NCBI GenBank assembly: GCA_054600435.1
Contig: BAAIJX010000104.1
Coordinates: forward strand, 1 to 36,594
DNA: 36,594 bases
Reading direction: 5' to 3'
From: Neophaeotheca triangularis
Lineage: Eukaryota
Below the pieces are notes generated by a model, which was given only the letters and a program-made list of their open reading frames with translations, searched no databases and had not been told where the DNA came from. Position numbers and translations under genes: made by a program. Below are positions 11,132 through 22,999 of the stretch, one piece after another. Numbering within the stretch: the first letter of the stretch is position 1; every line of letters begins with the position of its first letter.

Positions 11132-11782
11132 CTACTGCCGTATCGGCACCCCCTTCTCCTCGGCTTTCTTGACGTCTTCATCCACGCTCCGCGCCACCTC
11201 TTCAGGATCCTGCTCGTCGACACTCATGCCGCGGTGGAGAGTTGACTCCTTCACCGGGCTGCCTGCCTGACCCTGGCTGTTGCTGGGCTGCAGTTGGGGA
11301 GTGCCGGCCTGGCCGAGACTGCCACTGGGAGGGCCGGAAACAGAGCCGGAGTTCGAGTTTTGTTGGGACAGGTGAGGGATGGTGTCGGGGCTGTGGTGTA
11401 GAGGTGTCAGAGAGAAGAAGATGGGGATGCAAGCGTCAATGAAGAGGAGCTTACGAAGGGTGCTCACGACCCAGGCCGCCGACAAGACCGGCATCGGATT
11501 TGCCGGCCTTGCTCATGGCGTAATCGCCGCTGTCGAAATACTTGCGCTCCTGCGAGTCAAAGTCAGTGGGCTGCTGTAAGCGCCATAAGTAGTGAGTGGT
11601 TGTCTTACCTTCAGCTTGTTCTGGAGAAGGTCCTTCTTGTTCGGAAGCTTGCCATAGAGGCGGAATAGCTTCTGCTCTTCCTCCGTGAGGCTCTGTGGTG
11701 GTGGTAAGCATTCTGAGCGAGTGAGTCCACTTCCAGAGGCACTTACGCTAACATCGACCTTGTTCTGCTTGTGAGGGTTCAT
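11132..11782 (-). CDS. IGO1: Endosulfine / Igo1-type PP2A-B55 inhibitor
   Basis: Four exons (11782-11747, 11692-11609, 11549-11455, 11390-11132) with GTAAG donors and CAG acceptors. They join to MNPHKQNKVDVSSLTEEEQKLFRLYGKLP...ERKYFDSGDYA, carrying the Rim15/Greatwall FDSGDY motif. Confidence 0.93.
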
Positions 11783-13144
11783 ATTGACCGCTCTTTCGGA
11801 AGGTCCTGTGAGGGGAGGGTGCTACGGCGGAGGTGCCAGCCGGCCGCTGTGGGCGGCGAAGTTATTCTTTGTCCTAAGTTCCTCTTGGGAACCTTCTTGA
11901 ATTCCACAAAAGACTCGCGCTGCCACGAATGAGCTTCACCGTTCTTTCACCGTCTATATGCCGGCTAATCTTGTGCACCCGCTGCGTCGCTTTGTCGTAT
12001 CGCGCTCGCTCGTAAAGAAGTTCGCTTCTTGGCCGTTGTTCGGTAGGAAGCGCTGGATTACACTACGCTGTCTTTTGTGAGGATAGCGTACTCCAATGGC
12101 AGGACCGAAGGTGGACTTCCGGATGGTGGTGTTGTCGCGGCAGCTGGTTTCTGAGGGTGGGGCACGAGCGGGAGTGATCTTCTTGAAAGATACAGGCGTG
12201 CCGTGGGTGTTAGAAGCGCGAGGTGAAGCGAAGCAAGGCACACTTGGGTTATTGACTGAATCTGCAGAGCTCGTGACCAGAAGGGAAGCTGGAAGGGTAC
12301 GCAAGCTGTCTGCGATGAAGTTAATCAGCGCCAGGGAGCTTGGGCAGGTGTGGTGTAGTTAAAGTTATGGATCCTCCCGCTGCTAGCCGGTTCGAGATGC
12401 CCAATTCGACTGCAAAGGTCCTCTGCCAACATACGGATCGAGATAACACCTGCAAGATATCATAAGTAATTGACATCAGTTCGTCTGGTCGATGTCTTAT
12501 CGCTGAAGTAGAAGAAATCCATCCAATACCTAGATACCTACCGTCTTGGCGAACAATGCCCGTGGTCTGAAACTCGATACCTTATCAATACCTCCATTAC
12601 CCCGCACTAGGCTTCCCACTAGCAACATCAAGCATTGCGCAGGGTCCAAGACTCCAAAACTTGGATTTTTCTATTCGGCCAGATCAAGTATTAGTTGGCA
12701 TCAAAACTTCACTTGCAACCACAACGAACGCCTTTCTCACCATAGTGTTCTAATCTTTTGATTGGCGACGCAACCGCTGGTCAAACTAGAGCTCAATTTT
12801 GCGCACGGTAAGTCAGGACAAGAAACGCTATTTCGCTAGCACCTAATCTCTTCGGAAGCTCTTCATCCTTGATCTTGTTCTTTGTCTAATCATACCGATC
12901 CCGCGCCTAGCTCATCTTCATACGTACCAAGCAGCGTAGGTCTTGCCTTCTTGTCTTTTCGCAAGAGCTTTGCGGTATAGGGGGCTGCCCCAATGTCAAG
13001 AGAACCTTCCAGATAGATCTCTTTCACTTCTCCGTGAAGGCTTTGCCTCCGACCTCGTCGAGGCATCACGCCGAAGCCATATGTATCGCTCGAGCAACCA
13101 AGATGCTAACCAGATCCCCACCACATCCAGACAGCTCCCCCACA

Positions 13145-13965
13145 ATGTCGAAAAACTACGCCTACATCGTCGAGCATCTTGACCCTGAATTCGAAGCCTG
13201 GCAATCACTTGAATACAAAACAATTGCTCACGAATGCGCCACCAGCGGCATCGCGTCCTTCACGCTCTCCGGCTTGCAGCAAGAAGCCGTCGACAAAGCA
13301 CCAGCCTGGTGGAGGGAAACAATGCGCGAACACTGGACCAGCCGCAATGTCGAGGATCTCGTGACCGAGCGCTATGGCAGCTATGAGGAAGGCAAGAAGC
13401 GGGTCTGTCTTCTTGATCCCAAGGCGGAGAAGGATTTGGGTCCGGGTGACGGGGAGGACTTTGATGTTTTTGTTTTCGGCGGTATTTTGGGGGATGATCC
13501 GCCGAGGGGTGAGTTTCGGCTCGATTATCGACAGGCTTTTTGGGGGATATTAACGTGTGATTCTAGATCGTACTTCTGAGCTGAGGGCGAAGGGATTCGC
13601 GGGAAGAAGGTTGGGGGAGGAGCAGATGACCACGGATACGGCGGCGAGAGTTACGAGGATCGTTGTGCAGGACAAAGGTGGGTTGCCAGTTCCCTCCGTC
13701 TGGCTCAGGGAGCAGTTTTAACCAACTACAGTCGCCCTGAACGACATCAAGTACATCGACCGCCCCGACATCGAAGTCAACGCCAATGAGACGACATCGA
13801 TGCCCTTCAAGTACGTTGACAATGGCAAGGGTCAGCCTATCATGCCGGAGGTAAAGCTAGCAGTCTTCTGTCTCTCCAACGATCCTTGAAGCTCACAGAT
13901 ACTTCTAGGGAATGTTGGATTTACTGGCTTCGGACGCGGACAAGGGTATTCTGGATTTGCTTTGA
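13145..13965 (+). CDS. SFM1: SPOUT-family SAM-dependent methyltransferase Sfm1 (DUF431)
   Basis: Exons 13145-13508, 13567-13677, 13732-13850 and 13909-13965. Motifs YIVEHLDPE, VCLLDP, FGGILGDDPPRDRTSELR, RRLG..QMTTDTA, MPFKYV and PIMPEGML. Confidence 0.9.
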
Positions 13966-14283
13966 GCAGGGCTCCAACTCGACATCAACCGAATCCCGAT
14001 TTTTGCGATTACACCGGCTCTGAACGCTCATGTCATTCCCATCATGATATGCGCATCTTTCAGACGGGATATGTTCATGACCTCCCGATTCTTCGGCGCT
14101 CAAAAGCTTCTCACGAAGGAGTAAGACGGCTTTCGATCAACCTGTGCATACATTATTCCCACAGGCAGCCTTGAAGATTCCAGCATTTTTTCCGTAGTCT
14201 GCAAAATCTCTACAAATGATTCTGGTTACCGATCCCCAAGCGCTTTCTGCTAACATACGTAACACGATTTGTACCAATTATTC

Positions 14284-15840
14284 TCAAGCAGCCTTCCAAT
14301 CGTTACTCGTTTCCCAAGCATACGCAGCCTTGAAGATGCTGGCCTCATCCCAGTATTTACCGACGATCTGCAGACTTGCTGGAAGCTTTACGCTTAAGTC
14401 TCCCCTTGCTGGTACAAAGCCAATAGGCATAGCTAATGCCGGATGTCCGGTAATATTGAAAGGACAGGTGTTTTCGGTCTTACCACTCGAGCCAGCAACG
14501 AAATCCACCGGACTGGCGTCAGACGAGGGCAGAAGTTCTGCAGGTGATGCGGTCGTCGGCATTACGAGCAAGTCGCACTCTTTCAGTGCTGTGTCGTACG
14601 CATGCTTGAGCTTACGCCCTAGGTTGACAGATTTCGGGTAAGCGGTGGGAAAATTAGCCCAGGCGTATTCTCCGGAGACGAGGCCTTCTTTTGTCATGGC
14701 GCTCATCGTCTGCATTGATTCCGGACGCAGTAGACCTTTCTTCTCGTAAAGGTCCGTCAGCATCACTTGTCGTCTTCCAGTAGCCTGACCCTGCATCCCC
14801 ATGTGGTTGCCCATTTTCGAGACGACGCTATACAGCGGCCGCGAATGTTTGTGCATAGGGACGCTGACCTGGACAACCTCAGCGCCGAGCTTCTCAAACT
14901 CAGCGACGGCTTTGCGGAATATATCCTCAACCTCTCGACGCATTGAAGGTGACTCCAGACCCTCTTTCAGCACGCCAATCCTTAATCCCTTCACGCCCTG
15001 GCTCTTTGTCTCCAGAAGCATTTGTGGATAGTCGGGCACTTCTTCCGGCCAAGGGGCCCCAGCGATCTGTCTATCGTCCTCACCATCCACACCCGCCAGA
15101 GCTTGCAGAAGCATGGCACAATCCAACACCGTCTTCGTCATCGGCCCTACAGAATCCATACTAGCATCCAGACTCGCAATACCAGTATACGGCACCAGAC
15201 CAGTCGTAGCCTTGAACCCGTAAAGCCCACAAAGCGCCGCCGGAATCCGGATCGAACCGCCTTGATCGCAACCGATACCCAAATCTACTGCGCCGCTCGC
15301 CACCAGTGCCCCGGTCCCTGAACTGCTTCCACCGGCCGAATAGCCCCTGGCATAGGGATTGTGGACCGGCCCGGTAGCGGCTGTGGCACTGACGGCGCCG
15401 CGCGAGAGATTCTCGCAGACTGCTTTACCGGTGAGCACGCCGCCGGCTGCGAGAATGCGGGTCACGACTGTGGCGTCGGTTGTTGGCGTCCAGCCTGTGA
15501 AAGTGTCGGTGCCTAATAGGCATGGGACGGAGGCTACGGCGATGTTGTCTTTGAGGCATACGGTCCGTTTGGACAGGAGCGAGGAAGAAGGTTCTTTGTG
15601 CTCGCAGTGAAAACGGTAAGCCCAGGCGTTTTGAGAGTTCGCTGCTGCCGGCGGGAAGTGCACGTCTAGTCTAGGGGTGGAGGTGAAGTCGGGTAAGGGC
15701 TGGTAGTCTTCGCTTTCCATTACGGTTCTCAATGCCGCTTGGGTTTTCTCCATCAACGATGCATAGTCGGTGATCTGATCTTCTGGCAGCTGAAGGCCTA
15801 GTTTGTGGGCCGACTTGACGACGGCGTCCTTTGCAGACAT
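14284..15840 (-). CDS. Amidase-signature (AS) family amidase
   Basis: Intronless, 518 aa. Lys-cisSer-Ser triad motifs LKDNI, AGGSSSG and GCDQGGSIRIPAA; also NTCPFNITGHPALAMP. Confidence 0.92.
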   Translation of the reverse strand: MSAKDAVVKSAHKLGLQLPEDQITDYASLMEKTQAALRTVMESEDYQPLPDFTSTPRLDVHFPPAAANSQNAWAYRFHCEHKEPSSSLLSKRTVCLKDNIAVASVPCLLGTDTFTGWTPTTDATVVTRILAAGGVLTGKAVCENLSRGAVSATAATGPVHNPYARGYSAGGSSSGTGALVASGAVDLGIGCDQGGSIRIPAALCGLYGFKATTGLVPYTGIASLDASMDSVGPMTKTVLDCAMLLQALAGVDGEDDRQIAGAPWPEEVPDYPQMLLETKSQGVKGLRIGVLKEGLESPSMRREVEDIFRKAVAEFEKLGAEVVQVSVPMHKHSRPLYSVVSKMGNHMGMQGQATGRRQVMLTDLYEKKGLLRPESMQTMSAMTKEGLVSGEYAWANFPTAYPKSVNLGRKLKHAYDTALKECDLLVMPTTASPAELLPSSDASPVDFVAGSSGKTENTCPFNITGHPALAMPIGFVPARGDLSVKLPASLQIVGKYWDEASIFKAAYAWETSNDWKAA

Positions 15841-16059
15841 TACGTTTGCTTCGCAGAGTATCTAAGCCTGGTTGGAAAGGGGTATGAAGTGAACGATGTC
15901 CTTCCTAGTCGTTGTAAAGTAGCTCATGTCCGCGCTGCTCAAATCGATTTCGCTCAGGCACACAACTCCCACGGCAACACTTAGCCAATGCCGCATCCAC
16001 GAGTCGATGAGATTATGACCAAATCGCCAATGTGTCAAACAAACCCTCAATCGTCGAGG

Positions 16060-16270
16060 TTATCGTGACAAGATAACGAATGCATAACGCCAAGCTTTCG
16101 GCGGAGACGATGGTTTTGTCGGAGGGTCCGACGATAAACTCGCATTGCGGCAAATCCGACAAGATGGTCTATCCATCACAACCGCGTTATCGCTCGACGA
16201 ACTCTGACTGTAACGACCCCATCGCAGCATTTTGAAGATACGCAGCTCGAAGAACCATGTCGATAGATAA
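16060..16270. promoter_or_regulatory. Divergent amidase/NCS1 promoter with six HGATAR sites and two CGG-N5-CCG sites
   Basis: GATA sites at 16060(-), 16071, 16132, 16187(-), 16261 and 16265. GTCGGAGGGTCCGAC at 16118-16132 and CGGCAAATCCGAC at 16148-16160. Confidence 0.6.
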
Positions 16271-16362
16271 CGACTGCAGTGGCATTATGCGATTACAATA
16301 CATAGCGGTGTCTCCCTTCGAATTATTGAATCGTTCACATCAGCAAACGACAGGCCAAAATC

Positions 16363-18265
16363 ATGTATGCAGGCAGGCTGGCACTTCGCCACAAGATTGA
16401 CGACTTCAGCAATGGCGTTCGAACGGCTTTTTCGTCCAAGTCCAACTTCCACCGTGCCGTTCAAACCAAGGAAGCTCCGCCCGAAGGCACAGCTTACTAC
16501 AATGAAGACCTCTTACCTTCAACTCGCTGTAAGTCGGCTCTGTAGCGGAGATGGTACCAGGCAATAGCTAATTATCCCCCATTAAAGCCGCCAGGACCTG
16601 GAATGCCATGCACTTCTTCTCTTTCTACCTGACCGCTACCTTTTCGCCCAGCAGCTATAACCTGGGAGCCACGCTTATTACCATGGGTCTCCACTGGTGG
16701 CATTGCATTATAGCTGCCGTCATCGGGTCCGCAATCCTCACCGTCCTGGTCATCCTCAACTCCCGAGGCGCGACGCAATATCACATTGGGTTCCCGGTCT
16801 ACGTGCGCGCCTCATCTGGCATAGGCGGAGCCAAAGTCTTCATCATTGTGCGGGCGTCTGTGGCGACGATATATTTCGCAACGCAGACCTACTACGGAGG
16901 CATGCTGACGTCCGTCTGCCTACGCGCCATCTTCGGGGAGGCCTGGAACAGCGGCATCCCAAACATGCTACCGGACAGCGCGGGTATCACTAGCAAGAAC
17001 CTCTTGGCGTTCTTCATTTTCTGGATCCTCCAGTTTGGCGTCATGTTTGTGCATCCGATCGTTTTGCGGCACCTCTTCGTCGTCAAAGCTGTGTACACGA
17101 CGGTCGCCTTGTTGGCCGTGCTCGGCTGGGCGGTGCACATGAACGGTGGCTCGCTGGGAGACTTCTCGTTTGATATCCAAGTGCTATTGTCCGGCTCGGC
17201 ACTTGTCTGGCCCATGATCCAGGCTATCAACAGCGTCATGTCCGCGCTCTGTCCGATTCTGATCAACCAACCAGATGTGGCTCGATACGCCACCAGGCCT
17301 TCGCAAGCGACTTGGTCGCAAGGCACGGGCATCCTCATCAGCAAAGTGCTTGTCATGTTCATCAGTTGTGCTACAACTAGCGCCTGCACCGGCTTTCTCG
17401 GCGAGAGCTATTGGAACGTGTGGGATCTTTACGATGCCATCTTGACGCAGTATTGGAGTCCTGGGGCACGAGCAGGCATGTTTTTTGCTGGCTTGGTAAG
17501 TTGATTGACCCTGCACATGTATGATGTACTGCTAACCCCTCCATATAGGGCATGTTACTCGCAATCGTGGCGACGAACGCCGGCACAAACTCTTTACCGG
17601 TAGGCGCAGACATAAGTGGACTCGCTCCACGTTACATCAACATCGTGCGTGGCCAAATCCTATGTGCCACGCTCGCACCATTGCTTGTGCCATGGAAAAT
17701 CATCGCCTCGGCCCAGTCCTTCCTGACCTTCCTCGGTTCTTACACCGTTTTCCTGATGCCCATCTGTGGTATCATGGTGGTAGATTACTGGATTGTACGT
17801 CGGGGCAACTTCCACATTCCGTCGCTGTATACCAAAGCCCCCGGCTCGCCATACGCCTTCAAGGATGGATGGAACATTCGCGCAATGGTGGCTTGGGTTT
17901 GTGGTACCGCCTTTGTGGTGCACGGCGTAGCAGGCTCACTGAAGCCAGGAAGCGTCGGTACTGCTAGTGAGAACATGTACAAGCTTGGCTTTCTGCTCAG
18001 CTTCCTCATGGGCTCCGCGCTTTACTATATCTTTAGCCTGGTCTGGCCAATGCCAGTATATCCGGAGTGGGCAGAAGAAAAGTCGATGAGGTTTGAACAC
18101 ATGTCTGCGTCCGAGGGCTTCTTCCCCGGCGAGTCGGTAGACATGATTGCTGCTGATGTCCTCGGTGTGGAAACGTGTACGGCAAGTCTCCACGAGGACA
18201 AAGCCAGCAAGGACAAAAACGCCGCGAGGGAAAGATTGGCTGAGGAGCAGACCACCATGGTATAG
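16363..18265 (+). CDS. NCS1 nucleobase:cation symporter, Fur/Dal4 (uracil/allantoin) type
   Basis: Exons 16363-16528, 16588-17495 (AAG acceptor) and 17549-18265. Motifs NEDLLP..RTW, YHIGFPVYVRASSG, NQPDVARYA, WNVWDL, PRYINIVRG, PWKII..AQSFLTFLGSY..FLMPICGIMVVDYW and GWNIRA. Confidence 0.92.
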
Positions 18266-18352
18266 TTCTTGGGGAAATGGTCGAGGGACATACATAGACA
18301 AGAAATAGCTGTGACACGAAATGCGAGAATCGCATAGCTCACCGAAGCTATT

Positions 18353-20815
18353 CTACTGGGCCCAGTGTCTTCCGCCATTATCGAGTTGCTCGAAGTTAGG
18401 CATCCACACCGGCAGAGTAGAGTTTTGGTCCTGTTCGATCCATTGTGCCAATTCACCGACGATTCGCATGGCATCATCCTGACTGCCACCCCCTTCTGGT
18501 GGCCCATAAGCTGCGCCGTCGTCGAAGAAGACCTTCGACGGGGCGTTTGGCATATGTGAAACGTCCGAATTGTTGGGCAGCTGAGGGGCTGCTGCTGGGG
18601 GCCCGATGAAACTCTGCGTTCCCGATGTCGTTTCTGCTGGAAATCCATCGTTCCCATAGCCATGTCGAACGGCATTTTGGCGAGTAGTGCAAGGGTAATT
18701 GCTAGGTGAAACAATGTTTTGCACGCTAGGAGCGTTATCCCGATTTTGATTATTCTCGGTGGAAACATGGCTGTATAGCATGTTCGCACCTGCCGTTCGG
18801 GCAGCCTGTCTTGCGATGCTTTCATCACCGCTCCGTCGAGGGCCCTCGGTAATCCTATTCATGGCAGCACTGACGAGCAATTCAAAAGCGTCCCGATGCT
18901 TCTCTACCCAGGATGCTCGCTCAGACATCACGAAGAGCACAGAGGAGCATGCTCTTATGTCCTCTGCCAGTCTTGCGGACCATGTCTGCTGCGGATGTGA
19001 CCAAAGGCAATGAAGCATGGTAATACCGGCAACAAACACAGTCTGAACTGCGATGAAGCTGTGTCCATAGTTCGACTTTTGATGTAGTCGCTTGTGTGAC
19101 TGACAGATCTCGCCTGCGGAAAGCAAGCACCGTTGATAGTAGACATGGTCTGGTTGTAGAAGCGGCAGAAATGGCTCAATCAACAGCCGCACAGCGCGAT
19201 GGTAATGTAGGTTGAGGTAATCCAAATGACCCCCGGCAGCATTTTTGGAAGTTACAGCTTCTTTCCAGGCTTCCAACTTTCCATAAAGCGTTGGTAATTT
19301 GCGGAGGAGCGATGATCTAGGAACATCAAGCCTATACACAGAGTGACAGATCTGAGATTCTATGCGACGAAGGCGCACCAGGTCTACAGCTTGCGACGTA
19401 CGGGGAGACGATCCAGGATCGGCTCGTTCGAACGTAGCGACGGTTTCATTCGGGAGATCCACGTCAATCTGCCGGTCGGTGATACTGAAAGGTCTCCCGA
19501 GGGATATCGAGATGACTCGGTCTAGAGAATATACGCTCCAAAAGAGACGGCGGCGCAGCTGAGCGTCATGTTTAGAACATGTGCCCGAGGGTGGTTCTCG
19601 ATGCAAGTCAAGATCGATGCATGTCCGCATGGCCAAGCCTATCATGTACCACATCCCGTACGATGACGAAGAACGCAAGTGATAGAGCACTAGAAGTGTC
19701 ATCGCCTCGACGTTGTGGACACTCCTAGCTTCTCGCGCCGCCGAAACGTGCTGTAGTGCCGTCATGTAAAAGTTCTGTTCGAGACTCGCAGTCAGAGGCG
19801 GTAATACCCGAGACACGTTGCTTTTCCAAGGTAGAATTGTACATACCTCCGGACTGAACGCCGCAGCCTTTTGAGTCAATTGCAGAAGAGTAGACCCTAT
19901 TGCATACACCATACACAGCTTGAAGATTCCGAAACGCTCGTGTGCGGTTAAACGAGAGCTGTCAGATCCCAGAAGTCTACAGCGGTCTCCATGTAGCTTC
20001 CACAGAATCTCCTCGTCTAGGAAAGGATACCTCGTGTGCAGCATTGAGAGGTAGGAGGCGATCATACCATGGCTTTCAAAGTCGGTGGGCGTGGTTGTAT
20101 GGTGCTCTCGCAGCTCTTGTTGTGATATTGGGAGCCCATCCGAAGGTTGACGAGGTGTTACAAGTGATGCTGTCCTAGTCTGGTCTTCGAGAGCGTTCCC
20201 GGCTAGAGTTTTATTCCACACCGTGGCCTGCGCAATTTCGCTTAGGTTTGCTGCCAGAGACGTGCCTGTAGTGGTGGTTCCTGACGGAGCTGCAATGCCA
20301 TGATTTTGGAGTGCCGGCCTAGAGTCGACGGAAAAACGATGATTGCGGCAGATGCAACACGTATCGCCATGGGATTGCCTTTCCTCGCAACTCGTCTCGG
20401 CGGAGCGTTTCAAAGCTGCATTCTCGATCTCTAAGTGAGCGACTCGGTCTTCCAGGGTGCTGAGGTATCTTTGACACATATCAGCGAATGCACAGTGGGG
20501 GTGGATGCATGTATGTTTGTCCAGACGGACGGTCCTCTTACTCACTCCAACGGTATGCCCTCTTCTTCTCTCACGTTAGCGATGTCACATTGGAAGCCCG
20601 CCTTCTCGCAGTTGATGCAGTTCGGCCATTGCGCATCGCACTATATAAACCTGGAATGATCAGCGAGCGCAACATTGAATTATTGAAAGGTTCACCGAAG
20701 GGCATGGTGGACCGACACGTTTCTTCCTCGTCTTACATCGAGTACACGCCGTTCGTCCTCGCTTTTTCGGGTTGTCTTCGGCGTGGGCAGTCGTAGTCGT
20801 CGGTGGCGTTTCCAT
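18353..20815 (-). CDS. Zn(II)2Cys6 transcription factor with fungal middle-homology domain (Ppr1/UaY-like)
   Basis: Exons 20815-20717, 20640-20546, 20468-19847 and 19774-18353 rebuild RTACTRCKTRKKRCDAQWPNCINCEKAGFQC plus the coiled coil YLSTLEDRVAHLE. The middle domain has LAMRTCIDLDLHRE and RRRLFWSVYSLDRVISISLGRPF. Confidence 0.88.
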
Positions 20816-20983
20816 GATGAAGCAGCTTAAAGAGATTGGAAGACAACAATAACAACAACAACAACAACGACAGCACCCTTACATTGATTCGAGAATGTCA
20901 AGTTACCAAGCGCATATGGTCTTTCGAGGCAAACTTCACTTGACCGTGGCTACTACTTTGGAATCCCGTTCCCCTTCTGCCGT

Positions 20984-21091
20984 CTATCAAACCGGTCCGG
21001 GTGTCTGATAAGAGAGCCCAGTGTTGGTCACGGCTCAATATCTCACAAGATAAGCGTTGCATACTTCATATTATGTCAAGATATCTTATCT
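20984..21091. promoter_or_regulatory. GATA (AreA/NIT2-type) site cluster upstream of the Zn2Cys6 gene
   Basis: CTATCA at 20984, TGATAA at 21006, AGATAA at 21048 and TTATCT at 21086, all within ~110 bp. Confidence 0.55.
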
Positions 21092-21169
21092 CAACCACTC
21101 AGATCGATCCGTTGAGACAGTATGAGATGCATTTATTGCTTTCCCTTGGTATACACAAGCCATCCCATG

Positions 21170-22771
21170 CTAAACTCCAGCCTTTTCTGTCTTCGCGCCA
21201 GTCTCCCGTGCAGGCTCCTGTGGCACATCTGGCGCAACAGGCTCTTGCCTCTGCAGCCCAAAGTCTTTGATCAAGAAGCACCCGGCCAAACAGATACCCA
21301 TTAGCGGCACTTGCATAATGAAGACATTTCGACTGGCTGTTGCGTATGCATCCAGCACAATTTCCCTCTCCGGTCCATTCGCAATCGAGGACAGCGAGTA
21401 GGTATACTGCGACAAGTGCTTCAGCTCCTGGGGCAGAGCCGAACGGAGGCTGGCTTGCAACACGGCCGCCGAGACGGCCAGCCCACATGCTCCTCCACAG
21501 CATCTGAAGAAGTTTCTGTTCGACACAACTACGGCCCGTTGGGCTTTTGGTGAGTGAGCCTGAAGCGCCACCAGCGTTGGCTGAAAGATGTTGCCAACTC
21601 CGAGACCGACTATGGCCAGAATTACCGAGCACACGGCTGGATGCGTGGTTCGATCGAACAAGACGGTCAAACCGCAGCCCAAGGTCCAAGCCCCAAACCC
21701 CAGCCATAGCACCTCGATATATCGCCCTCGCCGTGATATGTACTGCCCCGACAGCACCGAAGACGTCGACTGGATCGCAAGCACTGGTATAGTGAGCGCT
21801 GCCGAGACGATGGGCGAGTATTGTCGAGCGTTCTGATAGTACAGAGGTAGATAGTAAAGGTAAGACTGATAGACCCAACCGAGTAGGAAGCTCTGTACCA
21901 AGAGCGTGCAGACCGCGCGGTTTGCAAACATCGAGAGTGGCATCATCGGTAGATCTGCGACTTTCCATTCAACCCCGACGTACAGCAACAACGCACAGGA
22001 GCCGATTGCCAACATGGCTATCACCATCGGACTAGCCCAAGGGAAATAAGCTCCCCCGCCGGATATCGGAATGAGGAGAAAAACGATCGCAACAGAAGAG
22101 GCGAGGACGCCCCAATGGTCGATTTTGCGTACGTTTTCCCAGAAGCCCGTTGTAGGCGGGCTTGAAGGGAGCATAAAGAAGGATATGACACCGCAAACGG
22201 TGACCAAAGGCGCCAAGAGCCAGAAGTGGCCTCGCCAGGTGGTACCCTGCACGAAGCCAGCCGCAACAAATGGGCCAACAATGTTACCGACACCAACACA
22301 GGCGCCGAGGATGCCCTGATACTTGCCTCGTTCCTGTAGCGAAACGACGTCTGACACAATGATCATGGTAAGGTTCGTGATGCCACCACCGGACAATCCA
22401 GCCACGGCTCGGAAAACGTAGAACATTGGAGCGTTTTGGGAAAGCCCGCAGAGTAGGTCTGCGACTGCGAGCATGCCGCATGCTGCCAGAAAAACCGGTT
22501 TGCGACCGAATATGTCGGAGAGTCGGCCGTAGAGGACGGAGAAGACTGTGTTGGCGATCAAGGAAGAGGTTCCGGCCCAGGAGATTGTTGCTTCCGCTGA
22601 TAGATCCGTTGCAATGGTTGGTAAGGCGACAGAGACGCCGTTCTGGTCTATAAAGCAAACGCAGAGGACGAGGGCAAGAGCCGAAAATAGTGACAAAAGT
22701 TGCGGCCTGGGGAGGAGGTTCTCTTGGTTGTGCAAGCTCTTCTCAGCTGCTGTCATTTCTTTGGCCGGCAT
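21170..22771 (-). CDS. MFS transporter, 14-TMS DHA2-like
   Basis: Intronless, 533 aa. Motifs FIDQNGVSVALPTIA, YGRLSDIFGRK (motif A), FRAVAGLSGGG, VSLQERGKYQG and YYLPLYYQ. Confidence 0.92.
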   Translation of the reverse strand: MPAKEMTAAEKSLHNQENLLPRPQLLSLFSALALVLCVCFIDQNGVSVALPTIATDLSAEATISWAGTSSLIANTVFSVLYGRLSDIFGRKPVFLAACGMLAVADLLCGLSQNAPMFYVFRAVAGLSGGGITNLTMIIVSDVVSLQERGKYQGILGACVGVGNIVGPFVAAGFVQGTTWRGHFWLLAPLVTVCGVISFFMLPSSPPTTGFWENVRKIDHWGVLASSVAIVFLLIPISGGGAYFPWASPMVIAMLAIGSCALLLYVGVEWKVADLPMMPLSMFANRAVCTLLVQSFLLGWVYQSYLYYLPLYYQNARQYSPIVSAALTIPVLAIQSTSSVLSGQYISRRGRYIEVLWLGFGAWTLGCGLTVLFDRTTHPAVCSVILAIVGLGVGNIFQPTLVALQAHSPKAQRAVVVSNRNFFRCCGGACGLAVSAAVLQASLRSALPQELKHLSQYTYSLSSIANGPEREIVLDAYATASRNVFIMQVPLMGICLAGCFLIKDFGLQRQEPVAPDVPQEPARETGAKTEKAGV

Positions 22772-22999
22772 TGCGACGAGTGATTGTTGGTATTAGGCCA
22801 AATAGCAGCTGAAGATGGTCAAGCCTTAAGGCGGGCGTATGTGAGAGTAATAAGAGTTCACATGTCGACTCTTCGCGATCGACTTGAATGCAGAAATCAC
22901 GTCCATTGACCCGGGGCAACTAACACACCCAGGTGGTGAAGTAGACGGGAGACTGTAAGTGGGTCAAGGGCGTGCGTGTCGCGGAAGTCGAGATGAGAT

